Shown here piece after piece: positions 13,002 to 26,750 of a stretch of 64,000 bases of DNA. The notes under the pieces were generated by a model. It worked only from the letters and a program-made list of their open reading frames with translations, was not told where the DNA came from and ran no database searches. How positions within the stretch are numbered: position 1 is the first letter of the stretch; every line of letters begins with the position of its first letter. The stretch lies in assembly GCF_009914755.1 (NCBI RefSeq), contig NC_060944.1; one strand, given 5' to 3'. The position numbers were made by a program, and so were the translations under genes. Source of the stretch: the human T2T-CHM13v2.0 reference genome, Homo sapiens.

Positions 13002-13506
13002 GAATCCAATGATAAAAGCAAATAGTTTTTAGGAATTGGAATGAGAAAGGAAATCAGTGAATGAGCATCCTCAAAAGTTGCCTGCTAACAAAGAATTGGG
13101 TCTCTCCTCAGGGGAGAGAATGACAGAAAGAAAGAAAGAAGCAGAATAGGCTGTGCATGTAAATAAGGTGATAATTTCCAGCAAATGCTACAGCAAAAAA
13201 GTATGAGAGAGTTACAGTTAAGGTGGAATATATTTTCATAAAAACTCCAACAGGATTCTAAACCATCTGTATTAAGCCTTTACTAAGCACTATAGAATAT
13301 GTTAAGCTTTAATGAATCTTTGTTTTATGGCCAGAGGATCTTGCGACTTTCTGAAGTCAACATGTTAAATATCAATTACAATTGTCTTAAACCTAAGTTA
13401 CAGGCTCAAAGTCACTGGGGAGGAGGTGGCTTTATTTATTCTTATTAAATGCCGTATACAAGCTTCTTTTTAAAGAGTTCACTTTTTGTTTTAAAAGTAA
13501 AATGTA

Positions 13507-13932
<426 letters not shown>

Positions 13933-14368
13933 TCAATTTTCCAAAGGAGCAAAAAATGAAAATGTCTATCCAGTCCTGAAATTCTCCTTTTCTTTGCTGA
14001 AACAGGTTGCCACACTCTAAAGATTAATATTGTTTAACACTGACAATAGTGCAACTACTGGTGTATTTATTAACAATCTATTTTCTTCAAGGTTCAAACA
14101 AAACCTGTATTTTCTCTATTTCGCACAAATATCTCACTCAATATCAACATCACAAGTTCTTTCTCACAATGGAGGATTTAGAAATAAGTAACTGAAAACT
14201 GTGATTTGAAAAGTAACCAGAGCATAAAGCTAAAAAGATGTAGAGACATTTCATTTAATATAAGGTCTAATATTTAAATTTTGAGTAGAATTTTTAACAC
14301 ACTTTATGCCTATAAATTTATTTTAGATAACAATTAGATTTTTGAGAAGCATTTAAATAAATGTTTAC

Positions 14369-14533
14369 CAGTTGCTTTTTGGCGAACAATATTTCTTGCC
14401 TTTTCCACTCCCGGTGCTCCAGACGTGGTGGCACTCCTAAATCGCATCGGTTCGGTCACATCTGGGTGGCTCCGCCAGCTGAGAGAAAAGGACCTCCCCA
14501 CGGTGGTTCCTTTCTGAGGATCTAGAACACAGC
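14369..14533 (-). CDS. RALGAPA2: RALGAPA2 exon ~16 (165 nt, phase 1-1): GCVLDPQ...GRSFS(696)...RFRSAT(715)...VRQKAT
   Basis: cctttatcag|GCTGTG...GCAACTG|gtaaac; contains RxRxxT Akt motif. Confidence 0.96.
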
Positions 14534-15498
14534 CTGATAAAGGAAAAGAAAAATAATCTAAAGGCTGAATTCATTATTATTCATTTCACGCTTGTGTTGC
14601 TCAGCAAATGGTGTACCTACAACTATATATAATCAGCAGGTTTCCTTGTCACAAATTAAGTACCACTTCCTTACACTGCAATTTAGGAAGTTGCTCATAT
14701 GTCACTAATTTAAGAATTCTTGTTGCCAAAATATTTTCAAGAATCTAAAACAGTCTTATGGATATTATTATATCTTCATAGTACTCATTCCAATATACAA
14801 AAGAAAGTATTAATAAACCTTTCTCAATACAAGAACAATATCAAATGAAGTTATACTACTGTTCCCAGGACACTCCAAAAACCACTACTTATAAACCAAA
14901 AACTCAGAGATCCTGATGTTAGAATAGTACTGCATCCTGTAGACACCAACCCCTCCACAAATCCCCAGAGCAATCCATGCCTATAAACTCTAATGTGGAT
15001 TCAGTCAAATGGGCAGGATAATGAAAATCTACAAATAATACAAAATCCTATTTTAGCAAAGGTCCAAAACAATAAAACATTGTAGTCTGAGATTCAACTT
15101 TTATTTTTCCTCATATTGTTCTGGTTAATTATTTCAATGAGAGGCTATGGACCAAAAGAAATAGAGGAGGAAAGAGAATGGCAGACTTACAGATTTCTGC
15201 ACAGGTATGATGTGGCCAGTGGCTGCCACCTGTGGCATGTTTCCACACCCAGTTTCCTCTGCCTGTGCTTTTTGTTTCTAGTAGTCTAGCCCTTAGAAGG
15301 CAAGTGTTTCTATAATAAATATTTAAATCCTTTTTAGAATAAAGCAACATAAATCAGAAATATTAGTCATGGTCACTAATTAAATAATGTGTTCGGTACA
15401 TTTTGAAAACAGTGTTTTCGAAGTTGTTTGCCTTCCTAAGATAAGTCTGTCTCTTTAGATGAATCTGTGGGTAGGAAGAGAATCTTGCAGAATGGCAG

Positions 15499-15500
<2 letters not shown>

Positions 15501-15532
<32 letters not shown>
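15501..15532. repeat. (GT)16 microsatellite ((CA)n in pre-mRNA)
   Basis: Direct reading. Confidence 0.95.
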
Positions 15533-15534
<2 letters not shown>

Positions 15535-16089
15535 TGTATGCACACATGTGCACTCGTGCATGGATTACAACAATTGAAGGTAGGTCCTTATCTCCTATTT
15601 CAGCTCTCCTCCTCTGGCCTGAAAGGTATCCTTAGCCAGGTAAGTTCTCTTCTGGGCTGAGAACGACTGTCTTAGGGAGGCAAGTTCCTAGTTGGAAGTA
15701 TCTGGGTCCTCTCAGGCCCCGGGTTTACACAAAGGTCCTCAGAGCTGTCAGAGAGGACTAGATGGACGCCAAGGGCCCAGACTCTTGGCTCCCTGCCCCT
15801 ACTTCAATCCTAAATCTCCAGTCTATTTCTTTAGAAAGGAGTTGTGTATACCTTCAACCGGGAAGAAAAACGGATCTGTTAAAAATGTTAGAAAATCATT
15901 GCATTAGACAGTCTAAATCTACATTGGGATTAAACTGTTCCACTGGATTGCCATGTACTTCAACTACTTTATTTTGGCTTCTTACTAACTTGCTTTTATT
16001 AATTAGTGCTTTGGCAAGCCATTCTCAGATTTCAATGAAGATATAAGAATCCACCACATTTATTATACGTGTATATGGTTTACTAACCA

Positions 16090-16540
16090 CTGTAACTGGT
16101 TCACACCTCCCTGTATCCACATCCTCTGTTGTTCTCTCCTGTAATGACATTAGGCTTCATCACGTGACTTACTTGGTAGCAAAACTGAACAAGCAGAGAC
16201 TTGAAATGCACTTGAAAATTTGAGCTTACCCTCTTACTGCCCCTGAAACTCTAAGCCACTTGGTGAACAAGCCTGAGCTAGCCTCTGGCTGCTGAAACAC
16301 GTGGCCCAGTCACACCTCATTGCCCCTGCTGACAGCCAGTCAACCCGTAAAAGTAGAGCTGCCTAGCTGACTATTTCACAGCGTGGTTGACTGCAAACAC
16401 AGAAGCAAAGACCAGCAGAAGAACTGACTGGCTGAGTCCAACCCAAATTGCCAACTCATCAAATCAAGATAAATAAGTGGTTGTTATTTTAAGCCATAAG
16501 TTTTGGGGTGATTTGTCACATGGCAAAAGCACACTGATAC
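16090..16540 (+). mobile_element. MaLR solo LTR (MLT1F-like)
   Basis: aacaagcctgagctagcc; 3' end tggttgttattttaagccataagttttggggtgatttgtcac. Confidence 0.7.
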
Positions 16541-17259
16541 TGTCTATAAGGCAGCTGGTATTATTAAAGGGTAGTCTACACAATAAGCAGTGTGTACCCT
16601 TTAAGAAGCTTTGAAGGAAAAATTCCTCCCAAGTCTCAGGAGGACCTAATAAAAGCTAAGCATCACCTAAGTGATTGAATTGTTTTTACCCTATGTGCTC
16701 TGTGATTCTCTATTTGATGTAACCCTGCAAAGACCAAAATCAAATCCAATGTTTGACTTTTCCATCTCCCCAGCAAGCCCACGAGGCTCTATGGCATGTA
16801 TTTTGGCATTTTAATCACAATGGCAGTTCCCTGCAACCTCACTCATTTTGACCCTATTTTGTATTTGATCTACTGTACTATATGCCTTTCTATGAGCTGC
16901 CTCAAATCTTTACAGAGTAAGGTGTAGTACAAGTGAATTAATCCAAGGACCATGCCACATCCTTAAGCACAGTAATTAAGGGGATGCCAAATTGTCATTC
17001 CTAATAGAAACTACCACTGATGTTTTCTACCTTGAAAACATAACTTTCATTTGAGGTTCTCAGTCCCAAAACAACTTTTACCCAGAAATACAACAAAGCC
17101 AAAATAGCTCCCATCTGAAGCATTCAGAATTTCTCCACGTTTCCTAGAGAGGCTGTAGAATGCATCTTAATAGTGTGACATCTTGAGTTGTATTTATCCA
17201 GCTTTGATTTCTAAACACTTCTTAACTATGTGGCCTTGGATGAGTCAATCACTGTAAGG

Positions 17260-17491
17260 CAACCTTGTCCAACCCGTGACCCATGGGCCACATGAAGCCA
17301 AGAATGGCTTTGAGTGTAGACCAACACAAATTCGTAAACTTTCTTAAAACATTATGAGATTTTTTTTTTTTTTGCAATTTCTTTTTTTGTTTTAGCTCAT
17401 CAGCTATCGTTAGTTTTACTGTATTTTATGTGTGACCTAAGACAATTCTTCCAATGTGGCCTGGGGAAGCCAAAGGATTGGACATCCCTGC
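17260..17491. mobile_element. MER30 MITE nested in a MIR (~17170-17620)
   Basis: ttgtccaacccg...caacacaaattcgtaaactttcttaaaacattatgag...gccaaaggattggacatccctg; MIR core continues on both sides. Confidence 0.8.
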
Positions 17492-17861
17492 AAAGTCTCT
17501 GTACTTCAGTTTCTTTGTCTGTGATATGGGGATAATACAAGTATCTACAGTTCACTAGGTTATTATGAAGGTAAAAAGAGATAATATGTACAATGTAATA
17601 GCCATTATTATTACTGTTAGTTATCACTACTATTACTACTACCTTCCTTGCATCTTCCTTCTTGCATAGCTTCCTCAGAAATTCACCATCTCATTAAGGG
17701 AACAGAATGATATGAGACACAAATTAATGCCACTATTAAGAAGACACTGTGTAGTTGGTTCAGTTCATTATAAAATTTCGCGCATTAATTGCTTAGTCAT
17801 ACAAATACACACTCGTCCCCAGTCCTAGACATCTGGTGTTAACCTGGAAGAGTGGAAATAC

Positions 17862-18099
17862 CTTTGCCTCGTTGCTTCTTTTCCTTTTGTTCACTTAATT
17901 TATCCAGAGGTAGGTTTGTCATCTCAACTCCATAAACGGTTCTTGCAAGCACTGCTGTCAAGGAGTCCATAATGTTGGCCCACTCGTTTATAAGTTCCTC
18001 CCATTCCGTGAGGGAGGACAGCACACCAAGAAAGTCATCCCAGAGCTCTCGAGAAATGTACACACAGAGGTTTGCTCGGATCCAAGCTACCATGAGCGT
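17862..18099 (-). CDS. RALGAPA2: RALGAPA2 exon ~15 (238 nt): [11 protein letters not shown]...KKQRGK
   Basis: ggttttag|ACGCTC...GGCAAAG|gtattt. Confidence 0.96.
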
Positions 18100-18599
18100 C
18101 TAAAACCAACCAACCAACAAGAGAATTCACACATCTTCATTTGGAAAAAGCATACTTTTAAACAAAATGTTTTAAATTACTATTAATAACACAAATTTTA
18201 AAATAAAAAGTACTTTTGGAAGTTGTTTTTCTTTTAATTCTCAAAATTCATTTGACCAACTATAATCAAAATTTAAGCTATTGGGGAGTTAGTTATCATT
18301 ATGAACAAAGTTACTGATTCAATATTGTTCTAGTGTCTGCAGCTGGCCCTGGCTATAATCAGAGAAAAGACAAAGCCCTCCGCACAGTGACAACTCTGCT
18401 TCCTGAGACTGCTCTTTTCCTACCATCCACAGTGGCTACTTCAAACCTCCTACAGGAAAACCGCCAGCCCACCAAATCCTCCCTGACTTTGAGCAGATGG
18501 ATTCACTGCAGACTTCACAAGAAACAGAACCCATTCAATGAGACTCCCCTCAACCTCTGCCCATGGACTCACATTCTTGCCCATATTCACCCAGCTCCA

Positions 18600-19600
18600 C
18601 CTCCACCTGTGGGCTGAACTCCAAGAGGGGCCCCGCTCTGCTACCCTGTTGCCCCCTTACACTCTGGACCCCTTCCTCGGAGTCTTCATGCCTCTCTTAA
18701 CCACCCCTCTCCTTTAATCTCCAGCCAACCCCACTTCCCCAGCTCTTTCTCTTCAGCATTTAAATATACTCCAAACTCTTCCTCATCTTAAAAGAAAAAA
18801 TTCCCTTGAACCCAGATTCCCCCGTCTAGCTACAGCCCTTTTCCTTCCATTTTCACAGCCAAACTTCTTGAACGAATGTTCCACACCCGCTCCATCTCCA
18901 CTTCCTCATCCCCCAGGCAACAGACTGCTCTGGTTCTCCCCTTTCTGAGGCCACTTCCACCTTCTGCCTGAGTTTTGGCTCCATTCCCATGGCTCCAGTT
19001 ATCCTCTGTGTGCTGCTGACTTCTGAATCTCCATGTCCAGCTTAGACCTCTCTACTGGTTTCCTGATCTATCTACCTAGGTACTAGACAGTGCTACTTAC
19101 ACAACCCTCAGGCACCTATCAAAGAGCATAATAGTAAAAGGTATTCAATTTCTTCCACTGACTTTCTCTCAGTGCCTTCACCTGCTCGCTCCTGCATCTG
19201 GCCTTTGCACATACTCTTCCTTCCCTCTCTTTCCTCCTTTTTGTTTCTGTATAACTCCCCCTCATTTCTCAGGTCAAAATTTGTGCATCACTTCCTCCAA
19301 GAAGGTATCCTTGACTATCTCCCCACCACCACCTCCCAGCCTCCAGGAAGTGTCCTCCAGGTCCCTGCATTTTCCCCCCATCAATGCACCTATCACACCT
19401 TTCCTTCACAGTCTATTCACTTATCAGTGTCTGCCCCCAGTCTTATAGTCCACAGCACTACAACTGGTCACCTGGACAGCCCTATGAGACAATTATGCCT
19501 ATATGCTGGATATTTCCTTCCCATAAAATTGCCCCATTCCTTACCTCTGCCAAAATATTCACCATCCTTTAAAATTCAAATCCAAATATATCTTCCCTGA
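18600..19600 (+). mobile_element. L2 fragments
   Basis: C/T-rich; ttcacagccaaacttcttgaa, atctccatgtccagcttagacctctct. Confidence 0.6.
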
Positions 19601-21681
19601 AAGAAGTGCCTCTACATAGCCAAGTCCATCTCAAATGAGCCACAAATGCTTTCCTAAGCCTTGTGAAAAGGAATCCTTATACCCAAAGTCTATGTAAGTC
19701 CCATAGCCTGGTGTCAAAGAGAAATGCACTTGTTAAGATACCAGCTTGCATGTGCATTGGCCCAACCCAGATGCAAATAGGCTCCCACTCTTGTCAGGAA
19801 TTCTTCTTTGCGTAGGTGAGTTCACTTCTTAATTTTTTTCCCCAAATTATATATAGATTTTTTAATGGAATTTACTCTTTAACATAGATACAGGAAAACT
19901 CTGATAAACAGAAATCAGTCTATAAAATCAGACAGGCCTATTCTGACCACCTGGAAAATCTTATTTAAAGTGGTCCTTCTGTAATACGCCTGTTCTCTGT
20001 TTCAATTTGTGTTTACCACTTTTTAAGAACATAAAAATGTTAAAGTAGGACTAAAGTAGTTAATTATATAAAAAACAAGATATTAACCACTTATATTTAA
20101 AGTCTGATTCTAACATGTATGAACTTGGTAAAACTAAAAATATGAAAGAAAATAAAATAATTTTATCTTTATTAAATATTTTATTATGACTAAAATGCCA
20201 TCTCCTATTAATTTTTATACCCCTGCTTTCAAGATGAATTTGAGGCCATTGCCATAACGTACCTATAGACAATAAAATTAATAAATATTAGATCAATAAA
20301 TATAATCTGAGCCAAGTAAGAGAAGAAAGTAGAGACTGATAATGTTATTAGGACTCAGACTCACATTTGGATATAGCGCCAGCTTCATGGATAAAAGCAG
20401 ATGTCTTGGTGTAATGAGATGCTCTATACTGGGGATCTTATAATGGCTTCACTTTATTGACTAATTATGAAACAAGCGCAGAATGACTTCTTGCAGCTTA
20501 TAAAATCAACTTAGCAAATATTACAAACATGTATGCAGACCTGTTGAATTATCATCATAATTCACAACTGACAACACGTGCACAGAGCAAAATGGTAAAA
20601 TGGTAAAATACAGTTGGGTGGTGAGTGGTGGCACCTGTGGACATGAAGGCAGGGTGTCCTTTTAATCAATTACCATTTTCTAAAAGGAAGAGGGAAACAA
20701 ACAGCCTGGACTACCCTGGTTTGTGACCTAGGAAAGTCACTTGGCCTTTCTGTAGTCACATTTCTCATTAAAAATAAGAAGTGCATAAGAGCTTCTCCAA
20801 GGTTCCTTCAGTACTGAAATTTGATGTTTTATCAGATACATTTTGGCACACAAGATGTATTTTAAAAACACCTTAACTAATAAATCACTCCTGTTCTTAT
20901 GAACATTTGCTAACCAACCACTTCCTACTTCACTCTACCAACACACTAAGGGGACTGCGTAACTTTAAAGTAATGGCTCATATTACAAAGAGCAGGACCA
21001 CAGTTTCCTGATATACCATCAGAGCTTCAAGCATAAGGTCATATTTAGCACTGATAATAAATTAAAACATCACTTAAGGCAATAAGGCAGTCACCATTAT
21101 TTGGTAAATATTTAAAACTAAGTCAAATTCAGTCATCACTTAAAGAAAATTTGGTGGCCCAGGTTATCTACTGACAGAAAAAAAAACAAACACTAGAAGA
21201 ACTAGAAAAAGATAAAAAGGGTAATAAAAACTTAAAAATGTCCCGTCCCTTTTAACAGTCTCCTTGTTCTCAATTTTTCAAAAAAAAATCAAGTGTCTAG
21301 CCATTTTAGACAGTCCACATGATCAAATGAATACTAATTAGATAGCATGTTTTAACGGCAGCGTGGGACCAAGATGATGCCCAATAGAGAGCCTGGCTGG
21401 TAAGTCCAGACCCTTAGTATTCTTGCCTCTTGCATCTCACGTAAGAACGTGGGAGGTCAACAGATGATCACAAATCCCAATGGGCCCACTCTGATTCTCA
21501 TGACAACCCTGCAGGGTAAGAAGAAGTCCTTTCCTGATTGTGACAGATTAGGGAAGACACTCAGAAAGCTAAAGTCATGTGCTCAAGGCCACATAGCCAG
21601 AGAGTAGCAGAGCTGAGATCAGAAACACAATCTGCCTAATGCCAAAAAGCTCATCCTCTCTTCACTATTTTTTATGGTAGG

Positions 21682-21985
21682 TTTTTTTGTTTGTTTTTTG
21701 AGACAGGGTCTTGCTCTTTTGACCAGGCTGCAGCACAGTGATGCAATCATAGCTTGCTTACAGCCTCAACCTCCCGGGTTCAAGCAATCTTCCCACCTCA
21801 GCTCCCAAGTAACTGAAACTTCAGGTGCATGCCACTATGGCTGGATAATTTTTTAAAAATTTTTTGTAGAGACAGGGGTCTCACTCTATTGCCCAGGCTG
21901 CTTTTGAATTCATGGGCTCAAGCAATCCTCCTGCCTCAGCCTCCCAAAGTGCTGGGATTACAAGTGTAAGCCACCATGCCCAGCC
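21682..21985 (-). mobile_element. AluJ
   Basis: gagacagggtcttgct, ggctcaagcaatcctcc. Confidence 0.9.
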
Positions 21986-23169
21986 TTTTGGTTAGTTCTT
22001 AATTTAAGCATCCTTCTCGATCTACCTAACCACTGCCAAAATAATAACAACATCAAAATCATTAATAATCATGAACTCAAAACTAAGTTTCAGGGAAGTC
22101 AGGTTAACTGAGCTTCAGGGAAGTCAGGTCATCTGAGGAGGGAAGTAATATCTGACAAGGTTTTCTCCATTCATGGGGGGAGTTTTTTTTTCCCCAAAGA
22201 TCAAAACCAACCAACCAACCAAAAACAAAACAAAACAAAAAAATCCGAACCCCAGAATAGATACTTGTTTAATTCTGTGACAAGTTCTCTAATTCCAACA
22301 CACAAAACAGATGCAGAGCCAGGCAATTGGTGGGAATAAGGCCCAAGCATCTGCCAGTGTGAGACTGGCTTCAGCTCATGTCCACTTGGCAGCCCAGGTC
22401 CAGGACGGGGAGCTCGAAAGGGTGCCAACAGTGAGACGCTTCGCTGAGAAAGCAAAGTGTGCAGTGTCCATATGTCCAGGCAGGCAGCAAAGCAGTGGTC
22501 AGTACCACCCTCCACGCATCAGCAGAGCAAAGCTGGACACATGCAAAAGAAAGTTTAGGGCCACTTCACACATCCAATGTACCAGGCAAGGCAATCAGAG
22601 TAAAAGCAATTGTAATATTCAGGAGGCCAATTATTTCAATAGCCTCTCATACATTTTTTATCAAGCCAAGAGCATTGACTCATATTAAGTTATTCAAAAT
22701 TCCGTTATCTTGTGTTACAATGGCAATATTTAGCTTTAAAGAAATAATTTCTCCTTTTGTCACTTTTACCTACATGTCCTACCCATATTCTAGATATGCT
22801 TTTTAACATATATCCTCCAAAACCACCTTCAGGTCAACTGAGGAGGGAAGTTAATTTCTCCTCCCCACAACTATCACCTATGTAATTATCCAAAGTCAAG
22901 TCCATCCACTGTACTAATATCTTTATTTATGTAGAATGTAGCATTTTTCCAGAGCCCTTTCACACTGTTCACTTTCAGTAATGCTTCATAAACTCTAAGG
23001 TCCTCATAAATATTAGCAACATCACAGTAGGCTGCCATGCTCAGGACTCTCTGGCACATCTGTTCCCCAGGCAGCTCACCAGGTATCAGCCTGCTCTTGG
23101 TCTTCACCTGCTCACCACATGAGATGCAAGAAGCACAGGCATCTCTTTGGCTCTCTGCTCGCACCAAAG

Positions 23170-23720
23170 ACCGGCCCAGCCCTCCACCATATCCGGGACC
23201 TCACTTATCCTCTGTCTCCCCAAGACCATCTTGTCCTCCCTCACTGGACCATCCCATTGGTGAGCAAACATACTTTAGTACCACCCACCTTAAACCTCGC
23301 CCACCATGTATGCCACCGACTTCAGCTAGCTCCCCTTTTCCTCTTCCTTTCCACAGCAAGAACTCTGCAAAGCCTTAACTACACTTGCAACTTCCACTGC
23401 CCAGCTCTCATTTTCTCCTCCATCTACTCCAGGTGGGACTCATCCCATAGAACATTCTCAACCAACTACATCTGTCAAAGCCCATGGTCAACTGGCTGCT
23501 CTCCTCCTACCCAATACTCATCCCCAGGCACCCAGGATACACACTCCTCTGGTTTTCCTCCTCACTCACTGGCCACCCTTTCTCAGCATCTCTCCCATCA
23601 CCTGTGGACATTGTCCTCTCTAGGTAAGCCCATCCTGTGGCTTTAAATACAATTGCCCAACACACTGATGGCTCTCAAAGTTTTATCCCATTCCCATACT
23701 TTCGTTCATCCTTTACCTCT
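23170..23720 (+). mobile_element. L2 fragment
   Basis: ctcctctggttttcctcctcactcactggccac, catcctgtggctttaaatac. Confidence 0.6.
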
Positions 23721-24001
23721 CCAAATCTACCTAGCCTTCCACCAAGGCCATCAGAGCTTCCTAATTCCTACCACCCTTGAGCAAATTAAAAGAGGAAGTA
23801 GGTAGCAGAGAGGGAGAAAAGCCTAAAAGCCCAGCACTAATTGTAAAGAACAGATCATAACCTTCAGGACAAAGCTAAGAAGAAAAATTTCTAGAAATTT
23901 AAATTTAATATTATTTTTAAAATTCTCAATGATTAAAACTAGTTTGCTACAAAATCTGATTCATTTCTTGCATTTGCAGTGCTTTCATAAAAAAGACTTA
24001 C

Positions 24002-24113
24002 CCTAAATAGTAACCCTGCCAAGCTCTGGGCAAACAAGTCCTTTATTTGTTTATCCTTTGGCTTCTGCATGACAGCTTCTGTTATCCTGAGTAGTATTTG
24101 CAACATCTGTTCC
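24002..24113 (-). CDS. RALGAPA2: RALGAPA2 exon ~14 (112 nt): [14 protein letters not shown]...AGLLFR
   Basis: ggcccag|GGAACAG...TTTAGG|gtaagt. Confidence 0.96.
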
Positions 24114-25999
24114 CTGGGCCACCCAAAATAAAAGCTCATATTAATAATCATGTCTCCAAAGCACTTTAATTTATAGGTACCAGAAATTCTCTTAAGAATT
24201 CAGCAACATTGATAATTATGTATTACTCGAAACTATTAAAGTCCAGATGCCAATTACATAATGAATACCATATTTTACCAAAATAAGCTCCCTTATGTTA
24301 TAACAGTTTTAAAAACATGCCTCCCATGTCCACACAAACAGGCAGGATAAAACATCATTCCAGCCTGATTTTCTCCCCTTGCAAAAAGAGAGGCAAGATC
24401 GTCTTCTCCAACTGTGCCAGCAGCTTAAAGGTACTCAGTGAAAACCTACTGGAACATATGCAGCACTCTTTAATTTTGCTATCCACTGTTTTACTTAACC
24501 TGTAAGGTCTCCCTCTCATTGCAACAGGAGGTGAAGCTGACTTTCTGGCCTTTATTTTGGGGACACACACAGTCAGTATCTTGGTAAGGTGGAATGCCAC
24601 AGTACTCTCACAGGCAGGAGGGGTTTGCATTACAGGACACTTACAGGCACAGTGCTCATGTCTGGAAGATCCTGACTCTGCACTACAGGGCACAACTGAG
24701 ACAAATGCCATCACTGCAGCTCAGTTCCAATGTGCCAGCATTTTTCATAGTCTCTTACAGAAGGTTTATGTAAAAGGACTTTGAAGACTATAAAATAGTA
24801 CAGAGACAACATAACACTGCTAATTACAATAATAAGTTCTTCAGAACAGCCAAAAGACATTTTTCTTTCTTACACCTAAGTTATATTGCTCATATCAGAG
24901 TATCTGCTCACTTTTTCTTTCCCTAGATTCTATGGGAACACAGAACACATCATCTTTCATATGTAAGAGAAGTGCATTTGTTCCTCGAGGGAAATCACTC
25001 TGGTTCCTTTCAGGTTTCACATGCTAACCATTCATCTAATCTTTACTACTTTCTCCTTGGCTTTACTGCTCTTTAGTAATAAAACTGAGAATAGGACAAA
25101 GTAATCAGATGAGATCTCTAAATCATAGTTCCCGTTTACTTTTCTCATATCTCTGCTTATCAAAACAGCATTTTCTCCTAACAATATATGATGCTGAACC
25201 TCATAAAATTCCTCACAGTAAAATCACCTGTGGGGATTTCCTGCCCTCTTTGTAGCTGGCCCCATTTGATTTTGGTCCCCAGAGTCATCTGTTGTTATAC
25301 ATTCTCACTGCACTGCATGCTACTTGTCCATGTATTCCTATTCCCTGCCTACGGATTCTGGAAGCACAGAAGAGGAAGGGCTATCTTCTGGGCACACACG
25401 CTGAAGCAGGATGGTGACTTTGAAGAGAACTGGGAGAAGCAATGGCACAGTGCTGGGGGACAGCTTGTCGCTCATCACATTCAGGGTACCCAGGCCCCTG
25501 TCGCCAGGGCAGAGAAGGGCAGCACCTAGTATCACCACTGCCCATTCATGTTACATGATGCATAAGACAATGAAAAACAATCCCTTACACACAACTAGTT
25601 ACAGATCCATCATGAGAATGTGATGAGAACAACAGACATCGTAAGTTTCAAGTAAAGCCTTGATCATGGCAACTGCTATCAAAAGCCACAAATGTGATCA
25701 AAGCCATGACTGACAAAAACAGTTAATTTGATTTCTGAACCTATGAAAGCTTGGAAAGGCATGCAGAGTCTTCTGGAAGAAAACAAGGGTTGAAAAACTA
25801 TGATTTGGAAAAATCTTTCCTTATAGTAGAAAGATTCACAACCTGCCAAAGCTGCCAGTTTTGACAACTGCTTGTTCCTTTCTATTTTGTGAAGCACTGA
25901 CTCCACCAAGGAGAACTGCTCAAAGAGTGTAATAAACTTCTGTTGGAGCACATGGAATGAGGCATGTGTGCCATCCTTGGGTCCAACACAGGAGTGAGG

Positions 26000-26750
26000 A
26001 TTTTCCTGCATTCTTCATTATTTTCCTGATCTCTATCTCCTCATACAGGTGGATTTCAACTCATTTACATACCAGTTATTCCCTATTTCAGGACCATTTC
26101 TTACAGTTCCCTGGCTACAGCCCTGGTCTCAGCCACCATCATCTATGGCACTGCACTGCATGTTCTCCAGCAGCCAGAGGGGCCTTTCAGAAGCATAAAT
26201 TATGTTATGTCACAATCTTGCAGGCACACAGGGAGGTAGCTGGTGTCCTTCCTTTGGTCTGCAGGGCCCTGAGCAACCTGGCCCCGGCCTGCCCCCTGCC
26301 TCCTCCCCTCTCACGCTCCCTCTCACTCCATCTACTCCACCACATTGGCCATCATCTTGTCCTTCCTTAAACAAGCCACTTTTCTTTTACCTTTTCTCCC
26401 ATCAGGGCTTTTGTATCTGCTGCTCTTTCTACCAGGAATGCCCTTCCCTTAGACCTCCCCAAGGCTCCCCCTTCCCTTCACTCAGGGCTCTGCTCAGAAA
26501 GGCCTTCTCTGACAGCTGACGGAAAAAACTCCCCGTCTGTCCATGCCAAGCAACACACACCCAATTCAGGACTCTTTCCCCTTTGCAACCTTCACTGTTC
26601 TCAGTACTTCGGAGTCTCTGAAATTGTTTTCTAGGTTTTTAATGCCTCTCAGTCCTATGAGGATGTAACCTCATGAGGGCAGGGACCTTGTCTACATAGT
26701 TCGCCACTATATTCTCACAGTAGAAGCTCGATAGTTATTTATTAGATGGA
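26000..26750 (+). mobile_element. L2 3' end
   Basis: tgtaacctcatgagggcagggaccttgtc...gctcgatagttatttattagatg. Confidence 0.7.

Noticed and set aside
22886-23167. 93-aa ORF with protein-like composition
   Set aside because: No recognisable homology, poly-A tail or TSD to support a processed pseudogene; a tblastn search would settle it
23037-23646. 113- and 175-aa + strand ORFs (also 19172..19600 and 25957..26370)
   Set aside because: They overlap C/T-rich L2 remnants; low complexity, no recognisable domain
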